64,000 nt of DNA from a virus (Duplodnaviria; Caudoviricetes), in the IMG/VR virus record IMGVR_UViG_3300021255_003284, positions 32,001-96,000 of that record. One strand, written 5' to 3'. Shown here piece by piece: positions 47,333 to 58,202 of the stretch. The position numbers and the translations under genes were made by a program. The notes under the pieces are model-generated. The model had not been told where the DNA came from, ran no database searches, and saw only the letters and a program-made list of their open reading frames with translations. Numbering within the stretch: position 1 is the stretch's first letter; each line of letters starts with the position of its first letter.

Positions 47333-48124
47333 TCAGGCCGCGTCGGTGGCGTTCACGCCGAACACGGTGTAGGTCCACAGCATGCCGCCCACGCCGCAAG
47401 CGCCGGCCAGCGCCTCAGCCTCGAAGGAGTGCACGGCCTGGTTGTCGCCCAGATCGATGGTGAAGTCGCCGCTGAAGTCGGCCTTCGGCACGTAGATCTG
47501 CACGCGGTACACGTTCGCGCACTTGTCCTCGGCCAGAGCGTCGATGTACAGGGTGCACTTGCCGGAGAAGGTATCGCTCTCGTTGGCCAGGACGTCCGCG
47601 ACGATCCTGCGCTTGTAGTACACGACGATCTCGGTACCGTCGGCAACGTCGGTGTGGAAGCCCAGAGCCTTGGTGCCCGGGTCGTAGGTGAACTTGCCGG
47701 CCGCGGCAGTGGCAGCCTGAGTCAGCTCGTCGCCCAGCGTACCGTCGCTGTTGCGGATGTACAGATTGATGATCTCCGCGCCGACAGTGCCGACGGCCTT
47801 GTAGTTGGTGGCCGCAGCGCCGCTCTGCACAGTCAGGTAGTCGGTCCACATGACCTCAGTGGCCTTGTTCTCAAAATCGCTGCCGGTCTGCAGCTCCAGC
47901 ATGCCTCCGCTGACCAGGCCGTTGCTGCCGCTGATGGTGACGGACTTATTGCGCTTGAGCGAGTTCAGCTTACGGCCGCCCTTACCGGTGATATCCTGCT
48001 TCTCCTGCGAGTTGGCGATCGACGCGCTCTGCAGCTCGTCCATGGTAAAACGATAGTTGCCGGTAACGACGTCGAACGCGTTGATGGTTTCCAGACTGGT
48101 AATGGCCAGATCTCCGATATTCAT
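47333..48124 (-). CDS. major tail protein
   Basis: Position, size and strong codon bias; beta-rich. Confidence 0.75.
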   Translation of the reverse strand: MNIGDLAITSLETINAFDVVTGNYRFTMDELQSASIANSQEKQDITGKGGRKLNSLKRNKSVTISGSNGLVSGGMLELQTGSDFENKATEVMWTDYLTVQSGAAATNYKAVGTVGAEIINLYIRNSDGTLGDELTQAATAAAGKFTYDPGTKALGFHTDVADGTEIVVYYKRRIVADVLANESDTFSGKCTLYIDALAEDKCANVYRVQIYVPKADFSGDFTIDLGDNQAVHSFEAEALAGACGVGGMLWTYTVFGVNATDAA

Positions 48125-48144
48125 AATCGCTTTCCCCCTTTGAT

Positions 48145-48861
48145 TTATTTGTGAGTCAGCCAGTTCAGATCATCCTGGCTCAGCTCCGATGCTTTTATAT
48201 TGCCCGTATAGACACCAAACATCCTGTGCTCATAGTCCACTTTCTTTATTATCTGTCTGACGCTTTCGTTGAATTGATAAATGGAGAGTTCTCGTGTCCC
48301 CTCAAAATCGTACTTATATTGTTCAGCGTTGACCATTGCGACGATGAGCGGTTCCAGCTGTGACTCGCGCGGCTTGTTTGCGCGGCGCTTAAGCTTTGTC
48401 CGCGCGCGCTCGAGCATGAACGCCTTTGCGTCCTCATTGGCTGGCTTGTGCCTGTTCTTTTCAAGGTGATGTATCGTTCTCAGTGTCTCGGCGATCCGGG
48501 CATGGATCGCCCTGTCTATGACGATGTCGTTCTCTGTGTCCACAAGTACGAGCGTCTCATTCGCTTCGTTGACCGCCGGTTTGAACCGGCTCAGGTCGAG
48601 ATCGCCAAAGATCAGATGGGTATCCTGCTCCTGAAGCCCGCGAAACAGCATCAGGAATAGCTGGTACTCGTTTATTTTTGTAAAGTCCACGCCCATGTCG
48701 TCAAGTTGACACATCATGTCGATCGGCATGGCCGTGATCGCGGATACGAGGCCATAGTAATGATCCTCGTCGTCTATGACCTCACCGACTGTGGGGATGA
48801 CGACTCGGATGGCGTCATTGATCGCGTACTCTCTTTTATACAGCAGGTTGACCGATGCCAT
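48145..48861 (-). CDS. hypothetical neck/tail-region protein
   Basis: Packed in the structural operon; LSIYQF...G.YTG.I..W. Confidence 0.6.
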   Translation of the reverse strand: MASVNLLYKREYAINDAIRVVIPTVGEVIDDEDHYYGLVSAITAMPIDMMCQLDDMGVDFTKINEYQLFLMLFRGLQEQDTHLIFGDLDLSRFKPAVNEANETLVLVDTENDIVIDRAIHARIAETLRTIHHLEKNRHKPANEDAKAFMLERARTKLKRRANKPRESQLEPLIVAMVNAEQYKYDFEGTRELSIYQFNESVRQIIKKVDYEHRMFGVYTGNIKASELSQDDLNWLTHK

Positions 48862-49361
48862 CAGCCAGTCTTCCGGTTCTCCGGAATGTAGCGCTGAGGA
48901 TCATACTGCTTGCTGAAGTCTTTACCGTGGAACGCCAGCACCTTGCCGTTATAATCGGTCATCGGCGCGAAGCGCTTCACGGAATACAGATGAAGCTCAC
49001 CAAGGCTGTACATCCTGCTGCCATTGATCAATTTACAAATTTCTGAGCAAAGCCTGTCCGACCTGACGCCGCCCTCCGGCAGTCGCAATTTGCTCTTGTG
49101 TACGCAAGTCCATATATACAGAATGGGGTACAGAAAGGTCTTCGGCGCGTCGATGCCCTGTATATCCACGTCAAAGCATATGAATGTCCGGCCGTCCTGA
49201 ACGGTGTCCGGTACGAATTCGTATGGGAATACGTGCGTGTAGGCAAGGTCGATCCCTCGATCCACTGGCGTGTTCTCGTCGAGCAGCGACACGATCGCCT
49301 CGCTTGTCAGCATATCTTTCATCAGCTGATTCTTATAGTCGAAAAACTCTTGAAGCTGCAC
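48861..49361 (-). CDS. putative tail terminator/completion protein
   Basis: Position before the major tail protein; function inferred from synteny. Confidence 0.5.
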   Translation of the reverse strand: MQLQEFFDYKNQLMKDMLTSEAIVSLLDENTPVDRGIDLAYTHVFPYEFVPDTVQDGRTFICFDVDIQGIDAPKTFLYPILYIWTCVHKSKLRLPEGGVRSDRLCSEICKLINGSRMYSLGELHLYSVKRFAPMTDYNGKVLAFHGKDFSKQYDPQRYIPENRKTG

Positions 49362-50180
49362 TCAGATCCACACCTTCCTTCCTGTTTCCATGTCAGTAGT
49401 ATCTGGGTCGACCACAACTCTGTTCTGCGGGTCGACGTCTGTTGTCTTCGGGAAATACTTGTAATAGTCGGCGATACGAAGTTCGCGGTTGTCATCGTCT
49501 GTCGTGTCGACTTCCTGAAGCACGAAGCTGTACGCGCCTTCGCCATTGAATACGCTGTAAAGTTTCAGCGGTTTTGTCAGCGCGTAAGCGAGCGGCATAG
49601 ACGATTCGGTATCGTCGATCAGGAACCGGCGTTCTCGTCCGAACCGCGCGGTCTGGTCGTTGCGGCCGATCGTGACGCTGATACGCGAGTCGCCGCGTGT
49701 GACGATAAAGTGCCTATCCTCAAGTTCGCCCGTAAGATATTTCGTTCCGTCCTCTACGATGCACCACTGCTCGTAGATCTTCTTGTCATTCCCGACCCAC
49801 CGAAGCAGGTGATTGCATTGGATCATCTTCGCACGCGTATACACCGTCGTATTCGCGTCGCGCTCCGTAACGATCCACTTATTATCCATCCACTCGACCA
49901 GACTCCCGCAGTGTATGTCGTCGCCTGGCAGCGAATAGATATACTTTTCGTTCAGGTTGTCAGAATTGATGACCGCGACATCCTGATGGATCGCCTTCGC
50001 GATCCCAGCGTCTGACTCTATATTATAGCTGTCAGCGCCAAGGTGGATGACCGCATGCTGATACGACAGATTGTTCGGCAGTTTATTGACGATCATCCGC
50101 TTCTCGCGCTTCAACGCCGTATCGTGGATCGTACCGCCCATTGCGTCGACGCGGCTTTGATACAGGCCCCATACGTTCAA
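49362..50180 (-). CDS. putative head closure protein
   Basis: Position in the neck module; G..V.W....W.V...CN..L.W. Confidence 0.5.
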   Translation of the reverse strand: MNVWGLYQSRVDAMGGTIHDTALKREKRMIVNKLPNNLSYQHAVIHLGADSYNIESDAGIAKAIHQDVAVINSDNLNEKYIYSLPGDDIHCGSLVEWMDNKWIVTERDANTTVYTRAKMIQCNHLLRWVGNDKKIYEQWCIVEDGTKYLTGELEDRHFIVTRGDSRISVTIGRNDQTARFGRERRFLIDDTESSMPLAYALTKPLKLYSVFNGEGAYSFVLQEVDTTDDDNRELRIADYYKYFPKTTDVDPQNRVVVDPDTTDMETGRKVWI

Positions 50181-50512
50181 GGCGCATCACCTCCGTCGCA
50201 CATGTGCTTCAGCTTGTCGCACAGGTTGATCGCGTGAAACACCTCGCGCTTGACGATACGGATCTCGCAGTCCGGATTATTCTTGAGATATTCAAGCACG
50301 CTCAGGATGGTCACGAACTGTACCGTATTGCCGACACCGCCGACGAGTTGCTGAAAGCCGAGCAGTTCGTTTTGCAGACTGTCCAGATACGCCTCGATCG
50401 ACGGGTCTGCATTCTCGCGCATCGGAAGGATCTTGAAAAGTCTGTTGACCAGCGCGTTGAAGTAGGCAATGACCGTGGAGCTGCTGACGTGCTTTGTCTG
50501 TTCGCCGCTCAT
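50177..50512 (-). CDS. hypothetical protein
   Basis: 4-nt overlaps with both neighbours. Confidence 0.6.
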   Translation of the reverse strand: MSGEQTKHVSSSTVIAYFNALVNRLFKILPMRENADPSIEAYLDSLQNELLGFQQLVGGVGNTVQFVTILSVLEYLKNNPDCEIRIVKREVFHAINLCDKLKHMCDGGDAP

Positions 50513-50958
50513 AGATGCAGCGCCCCCAGATCGCCATGATTATAGCTGTACTCGCGTATCATCTGCGTATAGCGGCGCTTCGCCTGCTCGTGCGCCTCGC
50601 TGACGCGAAGCAGCAGGTTCGCCGGGGAGTATGTCGTAAAATCCCTCGTGTTGAGTACATTTTCCAGCAACTCCTGCCTGTTCAAAAACGGCTTGAGCCA
50701 CTGCACGACCATGCCCTCCGATATGATGTCGACAAGCTCGTCAAGGTCTTCCGCGGCAATATCGATGTCGAATTGCCGAAGTGTATCGTCCTGTGTCGAG
50801 GTAAGATCGTATCGACAATTCTTTCTGAACGCGCTGACGGCGCGCTTGAGGTATCCGTCAACCAGGTCATTGCGCGCGTCCTCGTGAAGCTGCACGAGGT
50901 CGAATTCCGCGATCTTCGACAAGAACGCGCCGGTGAAAACATCGTATTCAACGCTCAT
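50509..50958 (-). CDS. putative head-tail adaptor
   Basis: Helical, 149 aa, after the capsid gene; DF..YSPAN.L. Confidence 0.55.
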   Translation of the reverse strand: MSVEYDVFTGAFLSKIAEFDLVQLHEDARNDLVDGYLKRAVSAFRKNCRYDLTSTQDDTLRQFDIDIAAEDLDELVDIISEGMVVQWLKPFLNRQELLENVLNTRDFTTYSPANLLLRVSEAHEQAKRRYTQMIREYSYNHGDLGALHL

Positions 50959-50968
50959 GCCGCTCGCC

Positions 50969-51529
50969 TCACTTTTCGATTAGGGACGTGCCGAGCGCCC
51001 GCTCAAGCGCCGCGATGACTTTGCGCGAATCGATCACGCCTTCACTGATCAGCGTTCTGGCGCGATAGGCGATGGCGTTCTTCTGACCCTTTGAAAGGTC
51101 TCTAACGATATGCTCTATCTCGTCAGGCGTCTTTTTGAAGACGGTGTCGAATTCGTCCATGCGCAGCGCGTGTTTGTAATACTGGCCGACGCCGAGATAG
51201 TCAATGATCCAGTCCTCGTCGAACATGAACCAGTTGTTCTGGAAAAAGCCCTTGCGCGAACCGCGCGCGTTCTTCAACTCTCTCAGGGTTATCTCCTGCT
51301 CATCGCCGAAGTTAGGCCATACAAACTTCTCGTTCGTACGGGGACTGCGATAAATGAGTTTGCCCTGAAAGCCGTTGCGTACAACGACGTATTGCTCCGG
51401 ATCGATATTGATTGCAGTAATGTGCTCGGGTTCAGCCTTCTGGGGCTCAGCCTTGACCGCAGGCGCGGCAGGCTGTTTCTCCTTGACATCGGCAGTTTTA
51501 GCGCTCTTCCTGGTCGCTGTGTTAGCCAT
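50969..51529 (-). CDS. hypothetical protein after the capsid gene
   Basis: SD AAAGGA; within the structural operon. Confidence 0.6.
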   Translation of the reverse strand: MANTATRKSAKTADVKEKQPAAPAVKAEPQKAEPEHITAINIDPEQYVVVRNGFQGKLIYRSPRTNEKFVWPNFGDEQEITLRELKNARGSRKGFFQNNWFMFDEDWIIDYLGVGQYYKHALRMDEFDTVFKKTPDEIEHIVRDLSKGQKNAIAYRARTLISEGVIDSRKVIAALERALGTSLIEK

Positions 51530-51589
51530 TCATTTCATTCCTTTCATTCAAACGCCCGCCGGGTCGTCCGGCGGGCTATCATATGTCGA

Positions 51590-52612
51590 TCAGGTGGTCT
51601 CGATCTCGTAACGGCCGATGCCGCCATTGCTGGCCAGCATGATGCCGGTACCCCAACGAGCACCATAGAAGTACTCATGAGTCAGGTCGGCGTTGAGGGT
51701 AGGATCGCGCATGATCATCAGCGGATCGCCTTCGTACACGACCTTGAGCGGTTTAGTCGGGCCGGCGACGATGGTCAGCATGTTGTCGTCGAGCACGAAA
51801 TCGGTCGTGCCGATCTTATGGCGCTGCGGCGTCACGACGACGGGCGAACCGAAGAAGTGGCCGTAGTAGCCGTTCAGGTACATATCTTCCTTGGCGTTGT
51901 CGCTGATCAGGGTCACGGAGGGCTGCAGATTGCGAACAGCCTTCTTGGTGCCGATGATGGTCGCGGTCTTGCCGCCGGCGGCCGCTTCGACATGAGCGAT
52001 CAGGTCGAGCAGGTCATCCTCATCGTAAGTGCCAGCGGCGGGGAAGTAGGTCGCGCCGCCCAGCTGATCAGCGGTCGCGCCGATCCACAGGGTGTAGATG
52101 TCGTTGAGCAGCTGCTGCCGGAACGACTCGGCGACCTTGGCGATCATCTGGTTGAAGTCCACACGGCCGGCCAGCACGCGGTTGAGCTCCTCATAGATGC
52201 GCACGGCCTTCATGTGGGTGGGGATGGGGGTTTCGGTGACGCCAGCCAGACGCTGACGACGGAGGCCCTGAGTGCCCTCGGCGACCTCGTCCACGACGAA
52301 CAGGTCGTTGTCCTCAACGAGGAACAGGTTCTGATCGCCCAGCGCGACGTTGCGGAATTCGACCAGAGTGTTAAAGAATTCATCGCCCTGCAGGCCTTCA
52401 ACGACGGTCTTGTCGAGGATCGTCTCGATCAGGGCAAACAGGCCGGCGCACTTGCCGTCGCGAATGTCCTTGTAGTTCAGCTTGGTGCTGCCGTTGTTGA
52501 TATCGACGAGCGCCTGACGAAGCACATCCTGAGACTGCTTCATAGAATAATTCTCGACCGTGCCGCGGTTGGCGTCAACGGCCAGCTTGACAATATCTTT
52601 CATATCAGCCAT
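51590..52612 (-). CDS. major capsid protein
   Basis: 340 aa, strong codon bias, SD GAGGAGGAG; order protease-decoration-capsid. Confidence 0.8.
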   Translation of the reverse strand: MADMKDIVKLAVDANRGTVENYSMKQSQDVLRQALVDINNGSTKLNYKDIRDGKCAGLFALIETILDKTVVEGLQGDEFFNTLVEFRNVALGDQNLFLVEDNDLFVVDEVAEGTQGLRRQRLAGVTETPIPTHMKAVRIYEELNRVLAGRVDFNQMIAKVAESFRQQLLNDIYTLWIGATADQLGGATYFPAAGTYDEDDLLDLIAHVEAAAGGKTATIIGTKKAVRNLQPSVTLISDNAKEDMYLNGYYGHFFGSPVVVTPQRHKIGTTDFVLDDNMLTIVAGPTKPLKVVYEGDPLMIMRDPTLNADLTHEYFYGARWGTGIMLASNGGIGRYEIETT

Positions 52613-52639
52613 GATATCTCCTCCTCTCTTTCCTGTTTA

Positions 52640-53164
52640 TCAGCCGACGCGGATAGCGTAGTAGGTGTAGCGGCCGACGATATCCTTCGCGATAATGGTG
52701 CCGACCTTGGTAGAGCCGGACGTCAGCGAGGCGGCAACATTCATCTTGGTGCCAGCCTTCAGCTCGACGACGTCGCCGACGGCGGGCGTTGCCTTGCCAT
52801 CCAGCGCATCCTTGGTCAGAGAGAAAATATCGCCAGTATGGAACCGGTAGCCGCGGGCGGGCTTGCCGGCCTCGTTGATGAACTCATCCAGATTGCGCTT
52901 ACGCTCATCATACATCAGCTCGGGCGTCGCAATCAGCACGACCTGCTCAATAGGCGTATTCGCAGCAGGCGCGGTGCCCTTATAGATCTCACGTTCGCCG
53001 TCAATCAGCGGACCGACCTGAAGAACATTGCCGTTCTGAATGGCGGTTTCGGTGTCGACAGCGCTCGAACCGCTGCCGGTCGTTACAATGTACTTGATGG
53101 AAACCAGCATGGACCGAACATCAGTGCCGGCCATATTGTCCGTCCGGACAACTCCATATGCCAT
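52640..53164 (-). CDS. putative capsid decoration protein
   Basis: Directly upstream of the capsid gene with the same codon bias; SD GGAGG. Confidence 0.6.
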   Translation of the reverse strand: MAYGVVRTDNMAGTDVRSMLVSIKYIVTTGSGSSAVDTETAIQNGNVLQVGPLIDGEREIYKGTAPAANTPIEQVVLIATPELMYDERKRNLDEFINEAGKPARGYRFHTGDIFSLTKDALDGKATPAVGDVVELKAGTKMNVAASLTSGSTKVGTIIAKDIVGRYTYYAIRVG

Positions 53165-53189
53165 ATCACATTACCTCCTATGTACGTTG

Positions 53190-54701
53190 TTAATTGGATT
53201 CGATACCGTACTCAGCAAACAGGCCGCCGTACGGATCGGTGTTGACGTTGGTCTTCTCAACCTTCAATTTGGGCGCTTTGTTCTCCACGGAGAACGTCTT
53301 GACGACGGCCATACGGCCGCGCAGCGCATAGCACTTCTCCTCGAGATCCTCAGGCGTCATATCACCGGCGCTCTGCTTCAGCGCTTCAAAAGCCTCGCTG
53401 CCATCCAGATCGCTGAACTGGCTAAACACACTGTCGCGCGCCGCCTCAGCCTTTTTGGCCTCGTTCTCGCTCTTGTATTGCCTGAGCGTATTCAGCTCTT
53501 CGGTCATTTCAGCCTCACGAGCGGAAGATTCGTCGCTGAATTTTGCAAAAGCTTCTTCCGTCGACATGAACGGAGACGCTTGTGTGTCCCCGTCGACAAA
53601 CTCAACAATCGCATATTTCATGCGCTTTTTGCTCTCCCAGTCGATCGCCACGGCGTCGCCGTGCTCAGTGTAGGCGAAGCCATAGAGCAGCCAGTCGTTC
53701 GTATCCCAGGCATATACCATACCGGCGTCCTGGTCGCAATCACAATAGCAATATCGGGGTCCGACGCCCCACGGTTTCTCGATCTTCTCGTGGTCACGGA
53801 TAGTGCGGCCGAGCTCTTCAAACAGTTCACTCGCGAGCCTGAACGCTTCGCCCTCGCCGGACACATCCTCTGTAGCCTCCGTAGAGGCGTCTGCGATCTG
53901 CTCCGCCGGCTGCTCAACAACCGTTTCTTGTTCATCTGCGTTGAACTGCTGCTCCTCAGGCTCGACGGCGACGTCCGCCACGTTTTTCATATCCTCATTC
54001 AATACGGTCTCTCCTCCTTCCGTTATATGATCATTTATATCGTCAACCTTGGTAAAGGTATTGACCATATTGGCAGATTCTTTCATTTCACTCATCATCT
54101 CTTCCAGCTGCCTCTTGAAGTCCTGGTGAGAAAACACTTCAAGGCTCGCCTGTTCAAAGCATGGCTCATCCTTGCCAAGCAGGGCGAACGCGGTAAACTC
54201 AAAATCCCTGATCTGGTATACGCCGTCAACGCGTTCACCGTCTTTTACCGTGATCTCCATGGACTGCGCCGTGATGCCGTTCTCGCGGATCTTTCTGAAC
54301 GCTTCCTGACGCTTCCATAGCAAAACATCCACGCAGAGATACTCATGCTCGCTTCCGTCGTCCTCGGTGAGTGTTTCCCACCAATACTTTGCTGACTCCG
54401 GGACACACCCGACCGGCTGCGTCAGATTGACCAGCCGAAGCGTGCCATCCTCGTCGCGCACGGCCTCCATGTCGTGCCCGCCGATCTCGTCGCTGTCACG
54501 GTCATATCGGCACACGATAGGACAGTTGCGCATCGTCTCGGCGCATTTATCAAAAGTCTCTTTTGAAATATAGCTCTTGTTGCGGTTATCGCCAGAATAA
54601 GCGATCCGCATCACGCCGCCAGCGAACGATGAGTTTAGCTCGAACAGGTTTGTAAGAGACGATGCGTAGGTCAGGTTCATGACCCGATCCATGTTGACCA
54701 C
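53190..54701 (-). CDS. prohead protease/scaffold fusion
   Basis: NRN.S.I...GGH...QSMEI...LLG...PCF N-terminal domain; acidic coiled-coil C-terminus. Confidence 0.72.
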   Translation of the reverse strand: MVNMDRVMNLTYASSLTNLFELNSSFAGGVMRIAYSGDNRNKSYISKETFDKCAETMRNCPIVCRYDRDSDEIGGHDMEAVRDEDGTLRLVNLTQPVGCVPESAKYWWETLTEDDGSEHEYLCVDVLLWKRQEAFRKIRENGITAQSMEITVKDGERVDGVYQIRDFEFTAFALLGKDEPCFEQASLEVFSHQDFKRQLEEMMSEMKESANMVNTFTKVDDINDHITEGGETVLNEDMKNVADVAVEPEEQQFNADEQETVVEQPAEQIADASTEATEDVSGEGEAFRLASELFEELGRTIRDHEKIEKPWGVGPRYCYCDCDQDAGMVYAWDTNDWLLYGFAYTEHGDAVAIDWESKKRMKYAIVEFVDGDTQASPFMSTEEAFAKFSDESSAREAEMTEELNTLRQYKSENEAKKAEAARDSVFSQFSDLDGSEAFEALKQSAGDMTPEDLEEKCYALRGRMAVVKTFSVENKAPKLKVEKTNVNTDPYGGLFAEYGIESN

Positions 54702-54731
54702 CGCCCTTTCATAAATAAAACCGGCGCGCCA

Positions 54732-54938
54732 TTAAAATGACAGCACGTCGGACATAACGTAATTGACGCCCAGGTCTTTGGGGTTAACGGCATGGCTGTT
54801 TTCAAACACATATATGTTCTGAGCGCCATCATCCCTTACAAGCCTGAAGCCGGCCTTCAGCATAACAGCTCTGTCTTCTGTGTTGAAAACGTAGACAAAG
54901 TGTTTGCTGGCCGATAGTTGTTCATTCATGGATATCAA
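54732..54938 (-). CDS. small hypothetical protein
   Basis: Between the portal and protease genes. Confidence 0.5.
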   Translation of the reverse strand: MISMNEQLSASKHFVYVFNTEDRAVMLKAGFRLVRDDGAQNIYVFENSHAVNPKDLGVNYVMSDVLSF

Positions 54939-56446
54939 CCCCAGTCATCCTTATCTTCTGAACTCTGCTCGCCGCTGTCCGTCAGCTCGCTTGCGTCCTT
55001 CGTCGGACGACCCGGCTGGTTCTCCTCGTCGAGCTCGTTCTGACTCATCTGGGTGCTGTTCCTGATCGGCCTGAACATATCCGGCAGCGCCAGCACGCGG
55101 CCTTCAAGGAAGCTCATCGCGTCAAGCTCCGCCTGCCCGATGCCCTGCGACGCAGCATAAGCCGATATCGTCGGCAAGCCGTACGAAGCAGCCTTCAGAT
55201 ACGCGTCGCCGACCTCCTTGCGGTTGAACGGTGACACGTCAAGGAAATTCACATGGAAATTTTTGCCGTAGCTCAGGGACTGTATATATCGATTGATGAA
55301 ATCTTCGATCCCCTTAACGATGCCATACGTGACCGCCTGGTCAGCTTTGATTGAAAGCAACAAGGCATTTGCGCTGGCCTTCGCGTTGTTGAAGAGCAAC
55401 GACGACACGCCGGCGGCCGTGTAGAGTGCCTGCTCCGCCTCTGCTGTTGTGTCGATGTCGCCCGTATGCGTTCTTTCAAAACTGATCTTCTCGATGTCCA
55501 TCGGCGTCAGCACAGACCCGATCTCGTCAGGTATCACGCTGTCGAGGTTGTACCAGAACTCCTTAGCCTTATCAAAATCGATACCCCATTCGCCGTCATT
55601 CTTCATGGGTATCTTCATAGCGAGCATGGCATAATTCTCAAGTGCCGTCTTGGATAGTCGTAGTCCTTTATAATCCTCTAAATCATAAACTTCTCTCAGC
55701 AGCCCGGCAAACGGCGGAATGGCGTAATCCCACACGTCCGTGTTGCACTTGACAGCGAACGAGGTGGGGGAGTCCAGCTCCTGCCACCGCATCACGATAT
55801 CCGATCTGTATATCTCATACTTGCGTCGGAATTCCGGCGGATAGTTGTCGAGAAGCGACAGCCTCGCGTCGAAGTAAGAAAAATCGAATGACACATTCGG
55901 CACGTTGCCCTCGATCGACGAAATCGTACAGTAATCGCTCGGCAGCTGCTGTATCGTAATGCTGTCTGTGCTGACCCACATCGTGCCGTAAAACACATCT
56001 TCCCTGAGCACGACCGTCAGTATCTTCGGGAACTGCGTCTTGATGCTCATGGATGACAGCGTGTTCAGAACCCTGCGATAGTTGTTGTTGACGATCCTCG
56101 TATTTGCGTGCTTTGGATCGATCTTGTACGGCTCGATGATATATGACAGATCGGACAGTCCAACAAAATACTGGATCAGTCTCCTGAAGTGCGGACTTGC
56201 GCCATAGATATACTGTACGGCGCGCCTCAGCTGTTTTTCGTATTTATACGGATTGCTCAGATACTTCGAGATCTGATCTCTGGTATACAGCGTGAACACG
56301 GGCGTTGTAAGCCCAACGTTTTTATTCAGATCGCGCATGATCAGGTGATTCAGAAATGCGTATTTCTGGTTGGCGTCACCGATGCCAGCGCGGCCTTCGC
56401 CGGCTTGGTCAGTAATTCGACCAGCCTGGCTGACCTCTTCCTCCAT
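54935..56446 (-). CDS. portal protein
   Basis: 503 aa directly after TerL; C-terminal GRP..D acidic tail. Confidence 0.78.
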   Translation of the reverse strand: MEEEVSQAGRITDQAGEGRAGIGDANQKYAFLNHLIMRDLNKNVGLTTPVFTLYTRDQISKYLSNPYKYEKQLRRAVQYIYGASPHFRRLIQYFVGLSDLSYIIEPYKIDPKHANTRIVNNNYRRVLNTLSSMSIKTQFPKILTVVLREDVFYGTMWVSTDSITIQQLPSDYCTISSIEGNVPNVSFDFSYFDARLSLLDNYPPEFRRKYEIYRSDIVMRWQELDSPTSFAVKCNTDVWDYAIPPFAGLLREVYDLEDYKGLRLSKTALENYAMLAMKIPMKNDGEWGIDFDKAKEFWYNLDSVIPDEIGSVLTPMDIEKISFERTHTGDIDTTAEAEQALYTAAGVSSLLFNNAKASANALLLSIKADQAVTYGIVKGIEDFINRYIQSLSYGKNFHVNFLDVSPFNRKEVGDAYLKAASYGLPTISAYAASQGIGQAELDAMSFLEGRVLALPDMFRPIRNSTQMSQNELDEENQPGRPTKDASELTDSGEQSSEDKDDWG

Positions 56447-58202
56447 TGTGTCCGATCAACCCCCTTTCCGTATAAGATGGCGGCTTGATAACAAACATGC
56501 TCTGTGAATCGGCGTTCATATTCAAACGCTTACTCATCTTCGTTTCAAGCTGCGTGGCCACATAATAATTGTAGGACAGGCTCGAATATCTGTCCTTGCG
56601 CATGCCGCTGCGCTCATACAGGCGGACGCGGCCACTCGACTCTTCGTGCTGGAGTTTCACCATTTCGTCGATCAACAACGTCGTATGTATGTAGGGCAGT
56701 TGGAACAAAACGCGTTCAGAGGCGTCGAGCGCCGCATATCCCTTAATGGACGCGAGCTCTTCCTCTGCGTCGTATTCGTTCATCAAAAGCCTTATCCGTC
56801 CGCTGCGGAAACCCTCGCGCAGCAGGAAGGCGCAGTCAGAGTTGAACTGCGCGTTGGCCTTGATCGACCAGATCGCCTTTTCTGCTCCAGGCACAGTACA
56901 TCTGTCCGCCATTGTTTTGTCGTTATAGCACGACAGGGCAGGATAGATGTCGCCGGTATCGGGATCGACGATGTCGTGAGCGAGCGTGTCAAAAACTCCA
57001 AGACCCACGCCGTTTGCATCGAGTACGATATAATCGCACTTAAATTCGTCGTAAAGTCTTCTGATCATCAACGCCTGGTCGTCTGTCCGGAGTCCCTCGC
57101 AGGCGTCAGCGTATACGATATTACTCGTATACCGTCCGGCCTTCGATGGAAGCATCTGATTGATGAATATGGCCGTCGCGTCGTTGTTGTTCTTCTTGCT
57201 CGACATCAACGCGATATCGGCTGACAGGATCCGCAACTCATTGCGCTGCTTTGGCTGTATACGTATCTGAGATGCGTTACCAAGCCTTGAACAGATCTGA
57301 TCCGGCATCATCGGATATTTGATGTGTCGAGTCCGCGATATCGAATCAAAATCAAAAAACGAGTCGCTCGACGACCCGTAGAACAGGGCTTCCATTTCCA
57401 TACTGAATTTGATATCGGAAAACCCAGCCTCCGACATTTCATCCTGCACAGCTTCGGGATCGAGAAGCCCTTCCTTGATCGAAAGCTGATAAGGGAAGCT
57501 GCACACAAACTGGTGTCTGTTCGGATCAACCATCGCTCTGAACGTGTCGACACACTTTTCATAACTCCAATGATCTGTGTAATAAGCCGAACTCAAATAC
57601 AGTGTCAGATTCTTCTCTTTGTCGTACTCAAGTTTTCTTTCCTCCTCAGACAACGCGCTATAGCGCGGCATCCGGCGGAGGGTCAGGAACTTGCGAAGCA
57701 CGGTATCGATGGTGTCTTTGGATATCAGCCGATACTCATCCAGCAGCAGCACATGACACCTGTTGCCTCGCGCGTTGTCGTTCGCGGTGACAACTTTGAT
57801 CATACTGCTGTCGTAGAACACGATCTGCGCGTTCGTCCCGTTCAGCTTTGTTTCCTTGTCGTTGATTTCCGCCTGAAGCTCTGGCGAACCTGGCTTCAGC
57901 TCATAAAGTATCTTTTCGAGGACATTGATAGCCTGTCCTCTCTTTCCCGACGCGATACACACATGCGTCCCCGGGTACAGAATACACCGGATCACACAGT
58001 ATATCGCGCTCAGATATGTCTTGCCGAGACCTCGGCATGCGATCATAACAAACGTCGTAGACCAGAACATCATGGCGAGCAGAATCTTCTGAAATGTCCT
58101 CAGGCGTATGTGCAAGTAGTCTTCTGCGAACTTTTCCGGATGATACCTGTAATACGCGCCCCACACCGCCGCGCCGTTCTGAATGGCTTCGGCTCTCGTC
58201 AC
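56409..58202 (-). CDS. terL: terminase large subunit
   Basis: Walker A CRGLGKT, Walker B LLLDE, YLSSA, nuclease D.A...ND...LDANG.G, KDRYSS. Confidence 0.9.
   Translation of the reverse strand: MTRAEAIQNGAAVWGAYYRYHPEKFAEDYLHIRLRTFQKILLAMMFWSTTFVMIACRGLGKTYLSAIYCVIRCILYPGTHVCIASGKRGQAINVLEKILYELKPGSPELQAEINDKETKLNGTNAQIVFYDSSMIKVVTANDNARGNRCHVLLLDEYRLISKDTIDTVLRKFLTLRRMPRYSALSEEERKLEYDKEKNLTLYLSSAYYTDHWSYEKCVDTFRAMVDPNRHQFVCSFPYQLSIKEGLLDPEAVQDEMSEAGFSDIKFSMEMEALFYGSSSDSFFDFDSISRTRHIKYPMMPDQICSRLGNASQIRIQPKQRNELRILSADIALMSSKKNNNDATAIFINQMLPSKAGRYTSNIVYADACEGLRTDDQALMIRRLYDEFKCDYIVLDANGVGLGVFDTLAHDIVDPDTGDIYPALSCYNDKTMADRCTVPGAEKAIWSIKANAQFNSDCAFLLREGFRSGRIRLLMNEYDAEEELASIKGYAALDASERVLFQLPYIHTTLLIDEMVKLQHEESSGRVRLYERSGMRKDRYSSLSYNYYVATQLETKMSKRLNMNADSQSMFVIKPPSYTERGLIGHNGGRGQPGWSNY

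Noticed and set aside
51110-53245. 711-aa plus-strand ORF, and similar long antisense ORFs at 40467-42038, 53040-54320 and 57324-58754
   Set aside because: Antisense shadows of strongly codon-biased, GC-rich structural genes; no SD or recognisable motifs.
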